Below, in pieces: positions 48,653 to 58,578 of a stretch of 64,000 nt of DNA (the first letter of the stretch is position 1; the number at the start of each line of letters is the position of its first letter). A program made the translations under genes and the position numbers. A model generated the notes under the pieces. That model was not told the origin of the DNA. It searched no databases and worked only from the letters and a program-made list of their open reading frames with translations. Source of the stretch: a virus (taxonomy: Duplodnaviria; Heunggongvirae; Uroviricota; Caudoviricetes); the IMG/VR virus record IMGVR_UViG_3300031413_000001. One strand, given 5' to 3'.

Positions 48653-50659
48653 GTGGCAAACCTTTGGAAGTCTCCAGCAAGTGGAAAGCTCTTGAATGGT
48701 GGACAACCATGGCGACGTGGTGACCAGGTAGATCTTCTCCTCGAATTCAACAACAGTCCACAGAGGATTGACCTGATCGGCGGCGACCTGCCACCAGGTC
48801 TAAACTTCAATGGCGCTACTCGACGCATCTATGGAACCATCTTGGCTCTTCCCAAAGACCAGGACAGCTATCCCGTGGTCTTTCGTGCTGTCAGTGCTTC
48901 CGATCCAACCAAGACCTTTGATCGATCCTACAAGTGGATCGTGGACCCCAGGGATGAGGAACAGAGCTGGGCAATGCCCGCTGGTCTTCAGGACCTTGGT
49001 GCGGTAAACCGTGGCTCAAGTGTCAACATCCAGCTGGACATTATCAACCCCGATATGGACAACCTGACCTACAAGGCAATGGGTGTTCGTACTGGTATCC
49101 CAGGTACCCACGAGGGTCTTCCAAATGGTCTGGCAGTTGAGCAAGCGCAGCCTAATATTGTTCGCATCATTGGATCGCCAACGGTTACTGGCAACCAACC
49201 TGGTGCCTACTATTTTAAGGTGTACGCTCGCGATCCCGATGACGTGGCACGCAATCCCCATGGCGAGGGTGCGCCCCGTACCTCAGAGAAAACCTACAGG
49301 ATCACACTCAATTCAGAGATCGTCCTGGATGCCCGACTCAGTGATACGGTTAGGTGGGAGACTCCTGCGGGAAGCCTAGGATCCACTTATGAGACCTATC
49401 CTAGTCACTTTGCAGTCAAGGCAGTACCACAGTATCAGGTAAACGGAAGCAACAACCTGGAAGTGCAGATCATCCGCTACACCTTGACCGGCAGGAGCAA
49501 TCCACTTCCCGATGGTCTCCTCCTTGATCCTAACACTGGACTGATACTTGGACGTTGCCCCTACGTGGTAACCAATACTTCCTTTGAGTTCAAGGTTGAG
49601 GCCCGAGTGGTCTTTCAAAACCAGATCACTGGTGAGGTTCGCCAGAGCAGCGTGGCAAGCGAGCGCAGCTTTAGCGTGACCATTCGCAGCATCTTTGCCT
49701 CCGATAGCGTGACAACCTTGCAGGTAAATGTTCCCGGCGATGCACGGAGAAAGATCGTCCGGTGGATTTGGGGCAACACCGCAGAGCTCCGCGAACCATC
49801 GGCCAAGGCACCACATGAACTAACTTTGTTGGGACGTGACAACAACTTCCGACCCAGCGACCAATTGTTTGGTAAGAAAAAGGAATACAACATCCTGGTA
49901 GCCGCCGGCTTGAATTATGTTCAAGATGGTAGCTTTTTGGACAAACTCAAGGACTATCACCATCCAACCACTTGGAGGATTGGAAAGCTGGCCAGCAGTC
50001 GCGCCAGGAGTCCAGAGGGTGTCCACCTCTATGATGTACTCTACTTGACGGTTATTGATCCAATGTCGGGTGCCGGTGGATTTGATGCTGGAAACAAAGA
50101 GGTAACTCTATCTCGTTACCAGTCAGGGCAAAAGCAGACGGCAATTCCTGTGATGAACCTATCCAAGGAAGACAGCCATTACTTTCCCAATAGTATCCGT
50201 AACATGCGGTTGGACATGCAGAGCAATCGCAACCGACAGGACTGGACAGAACAGGCTCAGACTGCAGGAACGCGCGGCTATGGACTGGTTGGTCGAGAGG
50301 GTTTGCCACTCTGGATGATGAGTGAGCAGGAAGCTGGAAAGCCAGCAACCATTCCTGGATACCAAACTGTCATTGAGCTGGCGTATGTTAAGGCAGGATC
50401 GGGTCCTGCACTGGTAAGAGCCTTGGAGCAAGCAGGATTCAACGAGGACTTGCAGGGTACGACTATCTCGGTGGATAGATACCTTCTCCTAAGTGATGGC
50501 TTTACCTCGACCACTTTTGATTTCGATCCAGATACTGGTGCGCTGACAACCTTTGATGGTCCCGACAATGCGGAGAACCGTACCACTCAGCTGACTTCCT
50601 TTGATAAGGTACTCCAGTCTGAGAGTAAATACTACAAGTTTCCGCTAGGTGACAAATAG
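48653..50659 (+). CDS. Ig-domain-containing virion/baseplate protein
   Basis: GDLPPGL, LPDGLLLDPNTGLILG, C-term TTFD repeats; 668 aa. Confidence 0.75.
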   Translation: MANLWKSPASGKLLNGGQPWRRGDQVDLLLEFNNSPQRIDLIGGDLPPGLNFNGATRRIYGTILALPKDQDSYPVVFRAVSASDPTKTFDRSYKWIVDPRDEEQSWAMPAGLQDLGAVNRGSSVNIQLDIINPDMDNLTYKAMGVRTGIPGTHEGLPNGLAVEQAQPNIVRIIGSPTVTGNQPGAYYFKVYARDPDDVARNPHGEGAPRTSEKTYRITLNSEIVLDARLSDTVRWETPAGSLGSTYETYPSHFAVKAVPQYQVNGSNNLEVQIIRYTLTGRSNPLPDGLLLDPNTGLILGRCPYVVTNTSFEFKVEARVVFQNQITGEVRQSSVASERSFSVTIRSIFASDSVTTLQVNVPGDARRKIVRWIWGNTAELREPSAKAPHELTLLGRDNNFRPSDQLFGKKKEYNILVAAGLNYVQDGSFLDKLKDYHHPTTWRIGKLASSRARSPEGVHLYDVLYLTVIDPMSGAGGFDAGNKEVTLSRYQSGQKQTAIPVMNLSKEDSHYFPNSIRNMRLDMQSNRNRQDWTEQAQTAGTRGYGLVGREGLPLWMMSEQEAGKPATIPGYQTVIELAYVKAGSGPALVRALEQAGFNEDLQGTTISVDRYLLLSDGFTSTTFDFDPDTGALTTFDGPDNAENRTTQLTSFDKVLQSESKYYKFPLGDK

Positions 50660-50667
50660 GAGAACCG

Positions 50668-53088
50668 ATGAGTGACATTCTCACAAAGGTCAACCAGATT
50701 GGTCTCAACACTGATTTTCCGATTTCGGGTCAAAACAACTCTTCAGTTGGCTTCCGCCAGAACTCAAGGGCAGTCTTGGCCGGCTTTCAGCAAGCAAGTG
50801 ATGAGCTAACGAAGTTTCAGAATACTCGCTTCAGCTTTGTTGGTGACGCGGCAGGTAAGAGTGATCGCATTGGTAACGCGATGGTGTTCAACACCTCTGA
50901 TCCCAATCTTGAAGTAAACTTTACCCTAGCTAATGTATTGCCCGCCGGTGCGGTACTTTCCACCAAAGGCCAGGACTTTGACCTACAGATCGATGCCAAG
51001 GGTCGAGTCGTTCAGGTAACACCAACGACTCACACGATCTCTTGGGCGGTTGGCGGTGAGAACCAAGAGATTGGAACGGATGCTTCCTCGCTGGGTATTG
51101 GTACGGGAACGGTACACTTTCCCACATACCGCTTTAATGGTCTTGGACGCCTGATCGCAACTGGTACACGGTCGGTTAGCTATGGTCTAAACAGCCACAA
51201 GCTGGCAAGCGGTGCCCTGTTGATCGGTGACAGCACGAATAGTTCCAAGGAACTTGCTCCTCCTCCCTCCGGTGCAGCCTATGCTCTGGTGGCCAATGGT
51301 CCCACGGTTTCCTGGCAGCCTGTTGGTGCAGGAACAATCCAGGGTGTCATTGGTGGACTGGGTATCAAGGTAACTCCTGATCCTTCGGCGCCAGTGGTTC
51401 GGCTGGACATTGGAAACACTGAGGCAAAAGACAACATTCGTGACCAGGACTTGATTGTCTGGCACGACCTTCGGGACAACTTGCCAAAGAACACCACTGT
51501 GGCAAACCTCCGGGCACAACTGGCAAAGATTGAGAGCGATACTGCACCAATCCTAGGCGGTGACCTGGATACAAAGAACTATTCAATCCGGAGTTCAACT
51601 GGTAGCTTGGTCCTTAAGAGTGGATCCAGCAACCCAGCGAGCACCATTACGGTAGCGCAGACTGGTATCAGCATTCAGGGCACTGGTAGCACGCCAATTG
51701 TTCTACAAGGCGGTCCTGTGTCAGTTACCGGCACGTCGCTTCTGCTTCAGAGCAGTGGTGACATTGGCCTAACGGGCAAGGCACTAACTGTCCTGTCCAC
51801 GTCCACGAATCTGCAAAGCAGTGGCGCAGTGACGTTGGGTGGCGTTGGTGTAAACATCAACAGTATTGGTTCCCTGGCGCTGAGTGGTAAGAGCGTTGGT
51901 ATCACCAGCGAGGGCGCCCTGACACTAAAGGCAACCGCACTTGACTATCAGGGTGGATCAATTGGTCTAAGGGGCTCGGACATCACAGTCCGGGGCACGG
52001 GTCCAATGAACATCCAATCCGATGATACGGTTCAGATTGGTGGCTCAACACTTCGACTGAACAATACTCTGTGGCCAACCACACGCGGACAGCCCGGTCA
52101 GTTTATGATCATGGGCGTTCAGGGCTTGACTTGGTACACCGAGGAAGAGGTTGAAGCACAGACGCTGGCCCAGACAGTATTCGTTGCCCCTCATGGAACG
52201 GACGGTGATGGAAATGGTGCATTCACTAACCCATATCTGACCATCAACAAGGCACTGACAACTATCCCAACCAACACCAATGCCCACTGGACTATCGTTC
52301 TAATGGGCAACCTCTACAATGAGGATGTGGTTGTTCAAAACTTCCGCAGGATCTCTTTTGAGAGCTTCTTTGACTCCACCAATACTGTGGTAAAGGGTGA
52401 TCTGCAGATTGGTTCCAACGTTGATGAGTTCAATATGAGCAACATCACTTGGGATATCAGCGACCGCGCCAGTGATACCGGACCAGCGATGATCGTGTCC
52501 GGCGGATTGGTACGGGGAACGATCAAGAACTGCGGCTTCTTGAAGGCAAATCGCCAGCAGGTTGCCCTGGGATTGTATGGACCAACAACTGGTCGAGTAC
52601 AGTTCCTGGATTGCGACATTCGGGGCATCATAGTCAATGAGATGATCCTAAGCGATGATGGTGAGGTACTGATCACCAGTCTCCTGAGCAAGCTGGACAA
52701 CAATATCCCAATCGTTTCCGTTGACACCGATAGGATGCTGACCTTGAACGATGTTGGAAAGTACCTGAGAGTCAACGTATCGGTGCCCAATGAGGTAATG
52801 ATCCCTGACAGTGAGCAAGTGGAGTTTAACCTAGGCGCCACCATCAGGATTGCACAGACTGGTATCGGGCCAACGAGCATTACACCAACCGGCAATGTAA
52901 CTGTCAATACCCCCAATGGTTACGCATTGAGGCGACGTTACAGCAGGGCTGAACTTATCTATGTGGGAAACAACATCTGGGATCTCTCGGGAGACTTGGA
53001 TGAGAACATCATCATCGCACCAGTAACTCGCGTTGACAGTGATCAGATTTCCGCAGACGACGACACCATTACCGTTGACAACGGCTAA
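50668..53088 (+). CDS. Large virion structural protein (tail fibre/baseplate, beta-helix-like region)
   Basis: FPISGQNNSSVGFRQN N-term; LGGDLD; G/S/T-rich; VFVAPHG.DG...PYLTI. Confidence 0.7.
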   Translation: MSDILTKVNQIGLNTDFPISGQNNSSVGFRQNSRAVLAGFQQASDELTKFQNTRFSFVGDAAGKSDRIGNAMVFNTSDPNLEVNFTLANVLPAGAVLSTKGQDFDLQIDAKGRVVQVTPTTHTISWAVGGENQEIGTDASSLGIGTGTVHFPTYRFNGLGRLIATGTRSVSYGLNSHKLASGALLIGDSTNSSKELAPPPSGAAYALVANGPTVSWQPVGAGTIQGVIGGLGIKVTPDPSAPVVRLDIGNTEAKDNIRDQDLIVWHDLRDNLPKNTTVANLRAQLAKIESDTAPILGGDLDTKNYSIRSSTGSLVLKSGSSNPASTITVAQTGISIQGTGSTPIVLQGGPVSVTGTSLLLQSSGDIGLTGKALTVLSTSTNLQSSGAVTLGGVGVNINSIGSLALSGKSVGITSEGALTLKATALDYQGGSIGLRGSDITVRGTGPMNIQSDDTVQIGGSTLRLNNTLWPTTRGQPGQFMIMGVQGLTWYTEEEVEAQTLAQTVFVAPHGTDGDGNGAFTNPYLTINKALTTIPTNTNAHWTIVLMGNLYNEDVVVQNFRRISFESFFDSTNTVVKGDLQIGSNVDEFNMSNITWDISDRASDTGPAMIVSGGLVRGTIKNCGFLKANRQQVALGLYGPTTGRVQFLDCDIRGIIVNEMILSDDGEVLITSLLSKLDNNIPIVSVDTDRMLTLNDVGKYLRVNVSVPNEVMIPDSEQVEFNLGATIRIAQTGIGPTSITPTGNVTVNTPNGYALRRRYSRAELIYVGNNIWDLSGDLDENIIIAPVTRVDSDQISADDDTITVDNG

Positions 53089-53099
53089 GGAGAAACAAC

Positions 53100-54260
53100 A
53101 TGGCAAAGCAGACTATCAATGTTGGAACCACGGCCAACGACGGCACTGGTGACAAGCTGAACTTGGCGTTCAGTAAAGCAAACGCCAACTTCACCGAACT
53201 TTACAGTGGCAAAGAACCTTCCATTTCCTTTGCCCAGCCTGCCCAATACTTTAAGGGTGACAAGACTTGGGGCAACCTGCTTGATGACGAGGACCTTCAG
53301 GACACCCTGGCGCTCAAGGTAAACAAGGGTGGCATCACCAGCAGCGGCTTGACAACCAACAGTGGTATTCTGTTGGGACGCAAGAGCGCCAACACGGGTG
53401 CCATTGAGAACTTGGATCCCCTGGAAGCCAAGACGCTATTGCTGCTCGACAACGTCAGCAACACCAGTGATGCCAACAAGCCAATCAGCACAGCAACCAA
53501 GACTGCACTTGATGCCAAGGAACCAACCGTAACCGGTGGTGGCGTTGGACAGTATTACCGTGGTGACAAGACCTTCCAGGACTTGAACAAGACGGCCGTT
53601 GGTCTGGCACTCGTTGATAACACCAGCGATCTCTCCAAGCCCATCAGCACCCTGGCACAAGCGGCACTGGATGGCAAGGAAGACAAGCTGGTTGCACCAA
53701 CGACTGCGCCAACAACCAAGTTCCTCAATGGAAGCAAGGCTTTCGTCGTAGTGGACAAGACAACGGTTGGTCTCTCCAACGTGGACAATACTGCGGATGC
53801 AGACAAGCCCGTGTTCACTAGCACGACCGCTGGTATCGTACCAAAGAGTGGTGGCGGTACAACCAAGTATCTGAGGGCAGATGGAACTTGGGCAGTGCCC
53901 GGCGGCAGTGGTTCCTCTAGTGTTCAGACCTACGCGGTAAAGTTCTACATGAATGCCGTACCAACCATGGCAGCTAATGCCCGCAGCCGCGCCGATGTGG
54001 TAACAGATGACTTCACGATCGTTGTTGGAAACAGCAAGGCCAAGGTCTTGGTTGCACCGGATGCAGACACCGTGTTCAACATCGCCAAGAACGGTACCAA
54101 TATTGGTACGATCACCTTCTTGGCCGGTGAGACAGTTGGAACTATTGCGGTGCCAACGAGCAGCGATCGAGCACTGGTTCTTGCGGACTACCTTGAGATC
54201 GTAAGCCCCGCGGTACAGGACAGCAAGCTGGATAAGCTGGTAGTCGTACTCCACAACTAA
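53100..54260 (+). CDS. Tail fibre protein with T4 gp9/gp10-like N-terminal motif
   Basis: KQTINVGTTANDGTGD.L..AF.K.N.NF.ELY; three NTS/AD..KP repeats. Confidence 0.75.
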   Translation: MAKQTINVGTTANDGTGDKLNLAFSKANANFTELYSGKEPSISFAQPAQYFKGDKTWGNLLDDEDLQDTLALKVNKGGITSSGLTTNSGILLGRKSANTGAIENLDPLEAKTLLLLDNVSNTSDANKPISTATKTALDAKEPTVTGGGVGQYYRGDKTFQDLNKTAVGLALVDNTSDLSKPISTLAQAALDGKEDKLVAPTTAPTTKFLNGSKAFVVVDKTTVGLSNVDNTADADKPVFTSTTAGIVPKSGGGTTKYLRADGTWAVPGGSGSSSVQTYAVKFYMNAVPTMAANARSRADVVTDDFTIVVGNSKAKVLVAPDADTVFNIAKNGTNIGTITFLAGETVGTIAVPTSSDRALVLADYLEIVSPAVQDSKLDKLVVVLHN

Positions 54261-54263
54261 GGA

Positions 54264-54298
54264 GGTAAGCCCGGAGAAGCAATCCTCCGGGCTTTACC
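54264..54298 (+). terminator. Hairpin after tail fibre gene
   Basis: AAGCCCGGAG/CTCCGGGCTT stem. Confidence 0.5.
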
Positions 54299-54709
54299 AT
54301 GACTAATAAGTATCCTGTTAAAGAGGAGCCTGCTATGCGCGACACCAATCAACTTGAGTTGAACTTTAGTGGTGAGGATGCACCACTGTCCATGGCGGAA
54401 CAGGACAAAGAGGTACACCTCAGGTTGGAACGGTGTCAAGTATTGACCTATGTCAACTCAATCCAGCGCGGTCACAAAGCGTGGGCAGATCGCCACCCAC
54501 CCACTAGTCGTGCTATCAGGACTGCGCTCCAGTACTTCAGGGAGAACCCAGAAGCCTATGGAGCACACTATGTACCAGCTCTGGAAGACGTACTCAGGGA
54601 GAGCACCGCTGGACAGAGTGAGGAGATTCGCTTCTACATCGTCACTCACGACCTCTATGCTGAAGAGGTACGACACATGATAATCCCACAATACCAGAAG
54701 GTAACCTAA
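54299..54709 (+). CDS. Hypothetical protein (start may be 54335)
   Basis: GAGGAG before the ATG at 54335. Confidence 0.6.
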   Translation: MTNKYPVKEEPAMRDTNQLELNFSGEDAPLSMAEQDKEVHLRLERCQVLTYVNSIQRGHKAWADRHPPTSRAIRTALQYFRENPEAYGAHYVPALEDVLRESTAGQSEEIRFYIVTHDLYAEEVRHMIIPQYQKVT

Positions 54710-54710
54710 G

Positions 54711-55469
54711 ATGGCAATGAAGTTCACAGGAGCGTTCCGCCCCATTGGAAAGCTGATCAGCCGCGAGGCACCAAGCAAGGTAGTCATCGTACCTCCGCTT
54801 GCCTTTACCTCCACACCAACTATCACTGGCACCAGGATAGGTGATCCATTCAAGGTCAACTGGACTACCAATAGAGTACCCGACACGGTAACTTATGAGT
54901 GGCTGGTTGGTGGAGTAACGGCTAAGTTTGCCCTAAACAAAGACATCTATTACCCCAATGCCACCACCAACCTACAATGCAGAGTAACAGCAACCATTGG
55001 AACCGAGACAGTAAGAGCTATATCGGGTATTAAGAGTGTACTTGTTCAGAGCGGCACCGCTGTCTTCTCTGATGCATTCGAGGGTAATGGTGTGTGGGTG
55101 GTAAACTATGGTGCGGCCAACATTGTTACAAGCCCACTGGCCCTACAGGGATCCAGGATGCTAAGGCTGGATCCGGTAGCATCGGGTAATCCATCGGACA
55201 TAACAACTGGGTACTTCAACGCATTGCCGGGCAGTACCAGCTATAGGGTTAGGGTGTGGGCACGCGCGGAAAGCCAACCCACACAGTTACACCTGCTGGT
55301 CTATACTAACTCGGCCTATGCCGTGAACACCACAATAGATCTCACCACTGAGTGGAAACCTTATGATTTCAATTTTGTTACCGGCAATCAAATGTTTGTT
55401 AGGTTGATCTCTCAGAAGACGAACAGTCCAGCAATGTTTGTTGATCAGGTTTCCGTTAGCCAACTTTGA
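54711..55469 (+). CDS. Virion-associated protein with carbohydrate-binding-like C-terminal domain
   Basis: YRVRVWARA...LTTEWKPY...FVDQVSV. Confidence 0.6.
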   Translation: MAMKFTGAFRPIGKLISREAPSKVVIVPPLAFTSTPTITGTRIGDPFKVNWTTNRVPDTVTYEWLVGGVTAKFALNKDIYYPNATTNLQCRVTATIGTETVRAISGIKSVLVQSGTAVFSDAFEGNGVWVVNYGAANIVTSPLALQGSRMLRLDPVASGNPSDITTGYFNALPGSTSYRVRVWARAESQPTQLHLLVYTNSAYAVNTTIDLTTEWKPYDFNFVTGNQMFVRLISQKTNSPAMFVDQVSVSQL

Positions 55470-56781
55470 TAAACCAAACTGAGTAAATGAAAAGGGTTAA
55501 TGAAAGAATATGATTCTGAAAAACGTGAAGGGCCGAGGGTATAGAATCCCAGAAACTTCATAATCCTCAGATCGCCTTTATCACGCGTATCAAATTTTTG
55601 ACATTCCCTGTAAGGTTTTTTCAAGCAACCTATAGTGCCTCTATAGTGGAGTAATAGTTCTCCCATAGTGCCGCTATAGTGTTGACATGGTGCTTCCATT
55701 GTGGAGGGTCCTGATCCCAGGAGCCCGTGATTTTCCCAAAACTACCCGTGAAATCCGCCGAACAGCCCGTGATTTTGGGCGAGCATGCCTGCGGCTGGGC
55801 GAGCAGTGGAAGGAATTTGCCCGTGAGAGTGGCCCCAAAAGCTGGTCTAGAGTTGAGCAGAGTAGCGCAAAAATTTGAACAGATCGCCCGCAAAACGCCC
55901 GCAGAGTTGGTCTATAGTTGAGTAGAGTTCCCGTATAGTGGAACAAAAGTGCCCGCGAGAACGTGCCCAATAGTGCCTCTATAGTGGAGTAAAGCTGCTC
56001 ATAGAATGCTCACTACCTTAGAAAAACCTCCAACCATGCCCGCGCAAAATGCTAGGCGCGGAGCGCGACTTCAAAGTGGCACTGTACGCTTTTTCATATC
56101 TTTGATCCACCATCAGATAGCCACCCCCATATTACCAATCACAGTAGTGGAAACACCTATAGTAATGCTCTATAGAGAATCCATGAAGTTCCCTATAGCA
56201 TAGACTCTAGTGTAGACTATAGCTGTGACTCATATAGCCAAGACTATAGTAGAAGCCATAGTAGAAGGTACTATAGACAGAGTTCAGACACTATGGATCC
56301 ACTATACACGGACCCTGGACGTCAGGAGTTCACCTAGAGGACGCTCCCAGGAGCGTGGAAAAAGGTGTCAAATCACGTCAAATCTATATGTGCGGCGAAA
56401 GAATTATTATTGATTTAATACCTGTTAACTATGCCAAAACTTGCTCAAAAGTCGCAGATTTGCGTGGCTTTTGACACGCTATAGTGTTCAATAAATGCTC
56501 ATAAAAGCACGGTAATTCAGCTTTATTATGCCATAATAGCCTTTTACTGTGCCTTTCACGTATCGCGCATATCTGTCACCAGAGTTAGCCCAGAGTACAC
56601 CAGAGTGTGCCTCGCTATAGCTATCACTGGAGTTCCTCTATAGTGTGTTCTATAGTGGGAAACCAGAGTTTCCGCTATAGGGAGAGTTTTTCAAAGTCTC
56701 CACTAGGGACAAAATAGTTGAACCCGTGTGTTCTCCTCTATAGGGATAGAGTTGACTCCTCTATAGAGAGTCTCTATAGGG
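55470..56781. repeat. Non-coding repeat-rich region (candidate replication origin / packaging / terminus)
   Basis: Many CTATAG palindromes, 23-bp direct repeat 55632-54/55970-92, CCCGTGA iterons, AT-rich core ~56395-56545, CCAGAGT x3 at 56579-56606. Confidence 0.6.
56752..56780 (+). promoter_or_regulatory. Promoter of first array gene (TTGACT-N17-TATAGG-N7-ATG)
   Basis: Read directly from sequence. Confidence 0.55.
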
Positions 56782-56787
56782 GTGGAT

Positions 56788-57045
56788 ATGACTGCCAGTG
56801 TCTCTATAGAGTATCATGAGGATAGTGAGGATCTGTGTTATCAGACCGTTACCAACCCCTCTAGTGGAAACTTGGTATCGGGTTTTGGTCCTGGGCCCTG
56901 TATGACTCGGTGGTTAGAGGAGCATGGTGGGCGTTATCGCTGCTCCACGGTGTTTGATGCTCAGTATAGTTTCTACCCTGAGGCTCTGGAGATCGAGTTT
57001 CAGGACTCTGCCTGTGCTCTTTTGTTCAAGTTGACTTGGGGTTAA
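56788..57045 (+). CDS. FKLTW-family array gene 1
   Basis: FQDSACALLFKLTWG. Confidence 0.85.
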   Translation: MTASVSIEYHEDSEDLCYQTVTNPSSGNLVSGFGPGPCMTRWLEEHGGRYRCSTVFDAQYSFYPEALEIEFQDSACALLFKLTWG

Positions 57046-57068
57046 CTCTTCCTCTATAGAGAGAAAAC

Positions 57069-57290
57069 ATGGAAGTCCGCATCCCTGTTCAGGCCTACAT
57101 GGTAATCGGCACCTATAGTAGTGAGTTGCTTCCCGACATAGAGGAATGGTTTATCAGAAACCGTTTTCACGAGGGTGTTCACTGGTGGTTTGACTTTGAT
57201 TTCAACAGAATTGGGGTGGATTCCCTTGTCTTTGAGAAGCGGAGGATTGCTCAGCTGTTTCACTTGACGTGGTGTACCTTTCCCCTATAG
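57069..57290 (+). CDS. FKLTW-family array gene 2
   Basis: FEKRRIAQLFHLTW. Confidence 0.85.
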   Translation: MEVRIPVQAYMVIGTYSSELLPDIEEWFIRNRFHEGVHWWFDFDFNRIGVDSLVFEKRRIAQLFHLTWCTFPL

Positions 57291-57299
57291 AGCGGAAAC

Positions 57300-57518
57300 A
57301 TGACTGAGTGGCACAACTTCCCTATAGGGATGGAACTTCACATTGCGGTTCAGAACTGGCTACTGGAGCATGTGGGTGCTCAATCGCTATCCAAGCTGGA
57401 CACCACTGGTGAGTGGTTTTGGCGAGTAAACGTTCGCCCTGAGGAACTGGATGACCGCCTGATAGTCAGCATCCGCGACCCCCAGAAGGCCATGCTGTAC
57501 AAGTTGACTTGGGGCTAA
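57300..57518 (+). CDS. FKLTW-family array gene 3
   Basis: IRDPQKAMLYKLTWG. Confidence 0.85.
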   Translation: MTEWHNFPIGMELHIAVQNWLLEHVGAQSLSKLDTTGEWFWRVNVRPEELDDRLIVSIRDPQKAMLYKLTWG

Positions 57519-57541
57519 CTCTTCCTCTATAGAGAGAAAAG

Positions 57542-57793
57542 ATGACCTATAGTGACACCTTCACAGCCAGCGTTCCTCTTGAGAAGGGGTTCTTCACACC
57601 TGCTCTAAAGGGGTGGTTTGTGGCCAATGGTGTGCCCATTGTTGAAGAGGGTTTTCCCGTCATTGGCGAGGGCCTGGGTTGGGACGCTTGGGTAAGTCAA
57701 CGCCCCGTAGAGGGATTGAATAGCGTTCGCTTTCGCTTCAAAGACAAGGGTATCGCCATGTTGTTCAAGCTCACGTGGCATGATTTCCAGTGA
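57542..57793 (+). CDS. FKLTW-family array gene 4
   Basis: FKDKGIAMLFKLTW. Confidence 0.85.
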   Translation: MTYSDTFTASVPLEKGFFTPALKGWFVANGVPIVEEGFPVIGEGLGWDAWVSQRPVEGLNSVRFRFKDKGIAMLFKLTWHDFQ

Positions 57794-58083
57794 GTGAGAT
57801 AGCGGTGTCCTCGGACTTCTTTGAGATCAGGTCCGATCCCCACTATTATGAACTGGACATGGGTTGTGGTATCCATCGTGGACGCCCCTATGTTCGATTG
57901 TGGGATGACCTCTGCACCATCTATGTTCTGCAGGATCCCATGCATCAGTGGTTGGCGGATCGAGATGTCTTCTATGGAATGGACATTGACATAATCAGCG
58001 GCGATTCCCACGTGGACATTCCTGATCAGCGTGCCGCTATGTTGTTCAAGCTGACTTGGTATGGGGTCATTGATGCGGCGTAG
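57790..58083 (+). CDS. FKLTW-family array gene 5
   Basis: IPDQRAAMLFKLTW. Confidence 0.85.
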   Translation: MSEIAVSSDFFEIRSDPHYYELDMGCGIHRGRPYVRLWDDLCTIYVLQDPMHQWLADRDVFYGMDIDIISGDSHVDIPDQRAAMLFKLTWYGVIDAA

Positions 58084-58312
58084 AAAGTTTAGATACCGTG
58101 TACTGATTCCCTTTGAGTCATACCATGGGGAGAGGAATGGCATCTGGGACTGGCTTGAGGCGACCGTTGGGCGGGTCCTAAGTGAGCAGAATCCCTATGG
58201 TCAGTGGACTGGTGGGTTCTCCAAGGACGAGGTCCTTGGAGTTGAATCCTATGAGTTCACCTTTGAAGATCGGAGAACTGCCATACTGTTCAAGCTACTT
58301 TGGGACCACTGA
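58073..58312 (+). CDS. FKLTW-family array gene 6
   Basis: FEDRRTAILFKLLW. Confidence 0.85.
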   Translation: MRRRKFRYRVLIPFESYHGERNGIWDWLEATVGRVLSEQNPYGQWTGGFSKDEVLGVESYEFTFEDRRTAILFKLLWDH

Positions 58313-58578
58313 TGCACAACGTTCACCTGATAGTCAAAGAAGACCACTACGATCCCTCGGGTCCTGGGGTTGTGTGGTGGAATCTGGCCAGCGACTACAA
58401 TGAGGGCTATCGTGCAACCGATGGCTTTTGGGAGTGGATCAACCAACAAGGCGTTGAGGTCGATGAGTGGGATATCATTCAGGACTACGACGATGGCAAT
58501 GATGTGGTGCCCGGCCAGGTGGTCTTCGCGTTCAAGGATCCCGTGATTGCCCTACTGTTCAAGCTAACTTGGGGATGA
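58312..58578 (+). CDS. FKLTW-family array gene 7
   Basis: FKDPVIALLFKLTWG. Confidence 0.85.
   Translation: MHNVHLIVKEDHYDPSGPGVVWWNLASDYNEGYRATDGFWEWINQQGVEVDEWDIIQDYDDGNDVVPGQVVFAFKDPVIALLFKLTWG

Larger units (their letters stand above)
57027..57540 (+). repeat. 41-bp direct repeat at array gene junctions (57027-57067 and 57500-57540)
   Basis: CAAGTTGACTTGGGG(T/C)TAACTCTTCCTCTATAGAGAGAAAA, 1 mismatch. Confidence 0.9.

Noticed and set aside
55445-56413. Short ORFs inside the CTATAG-rich region
   Set aside because: Translations mirror the DNA repeats and lack RBS and typical composition; treated as non-coding.
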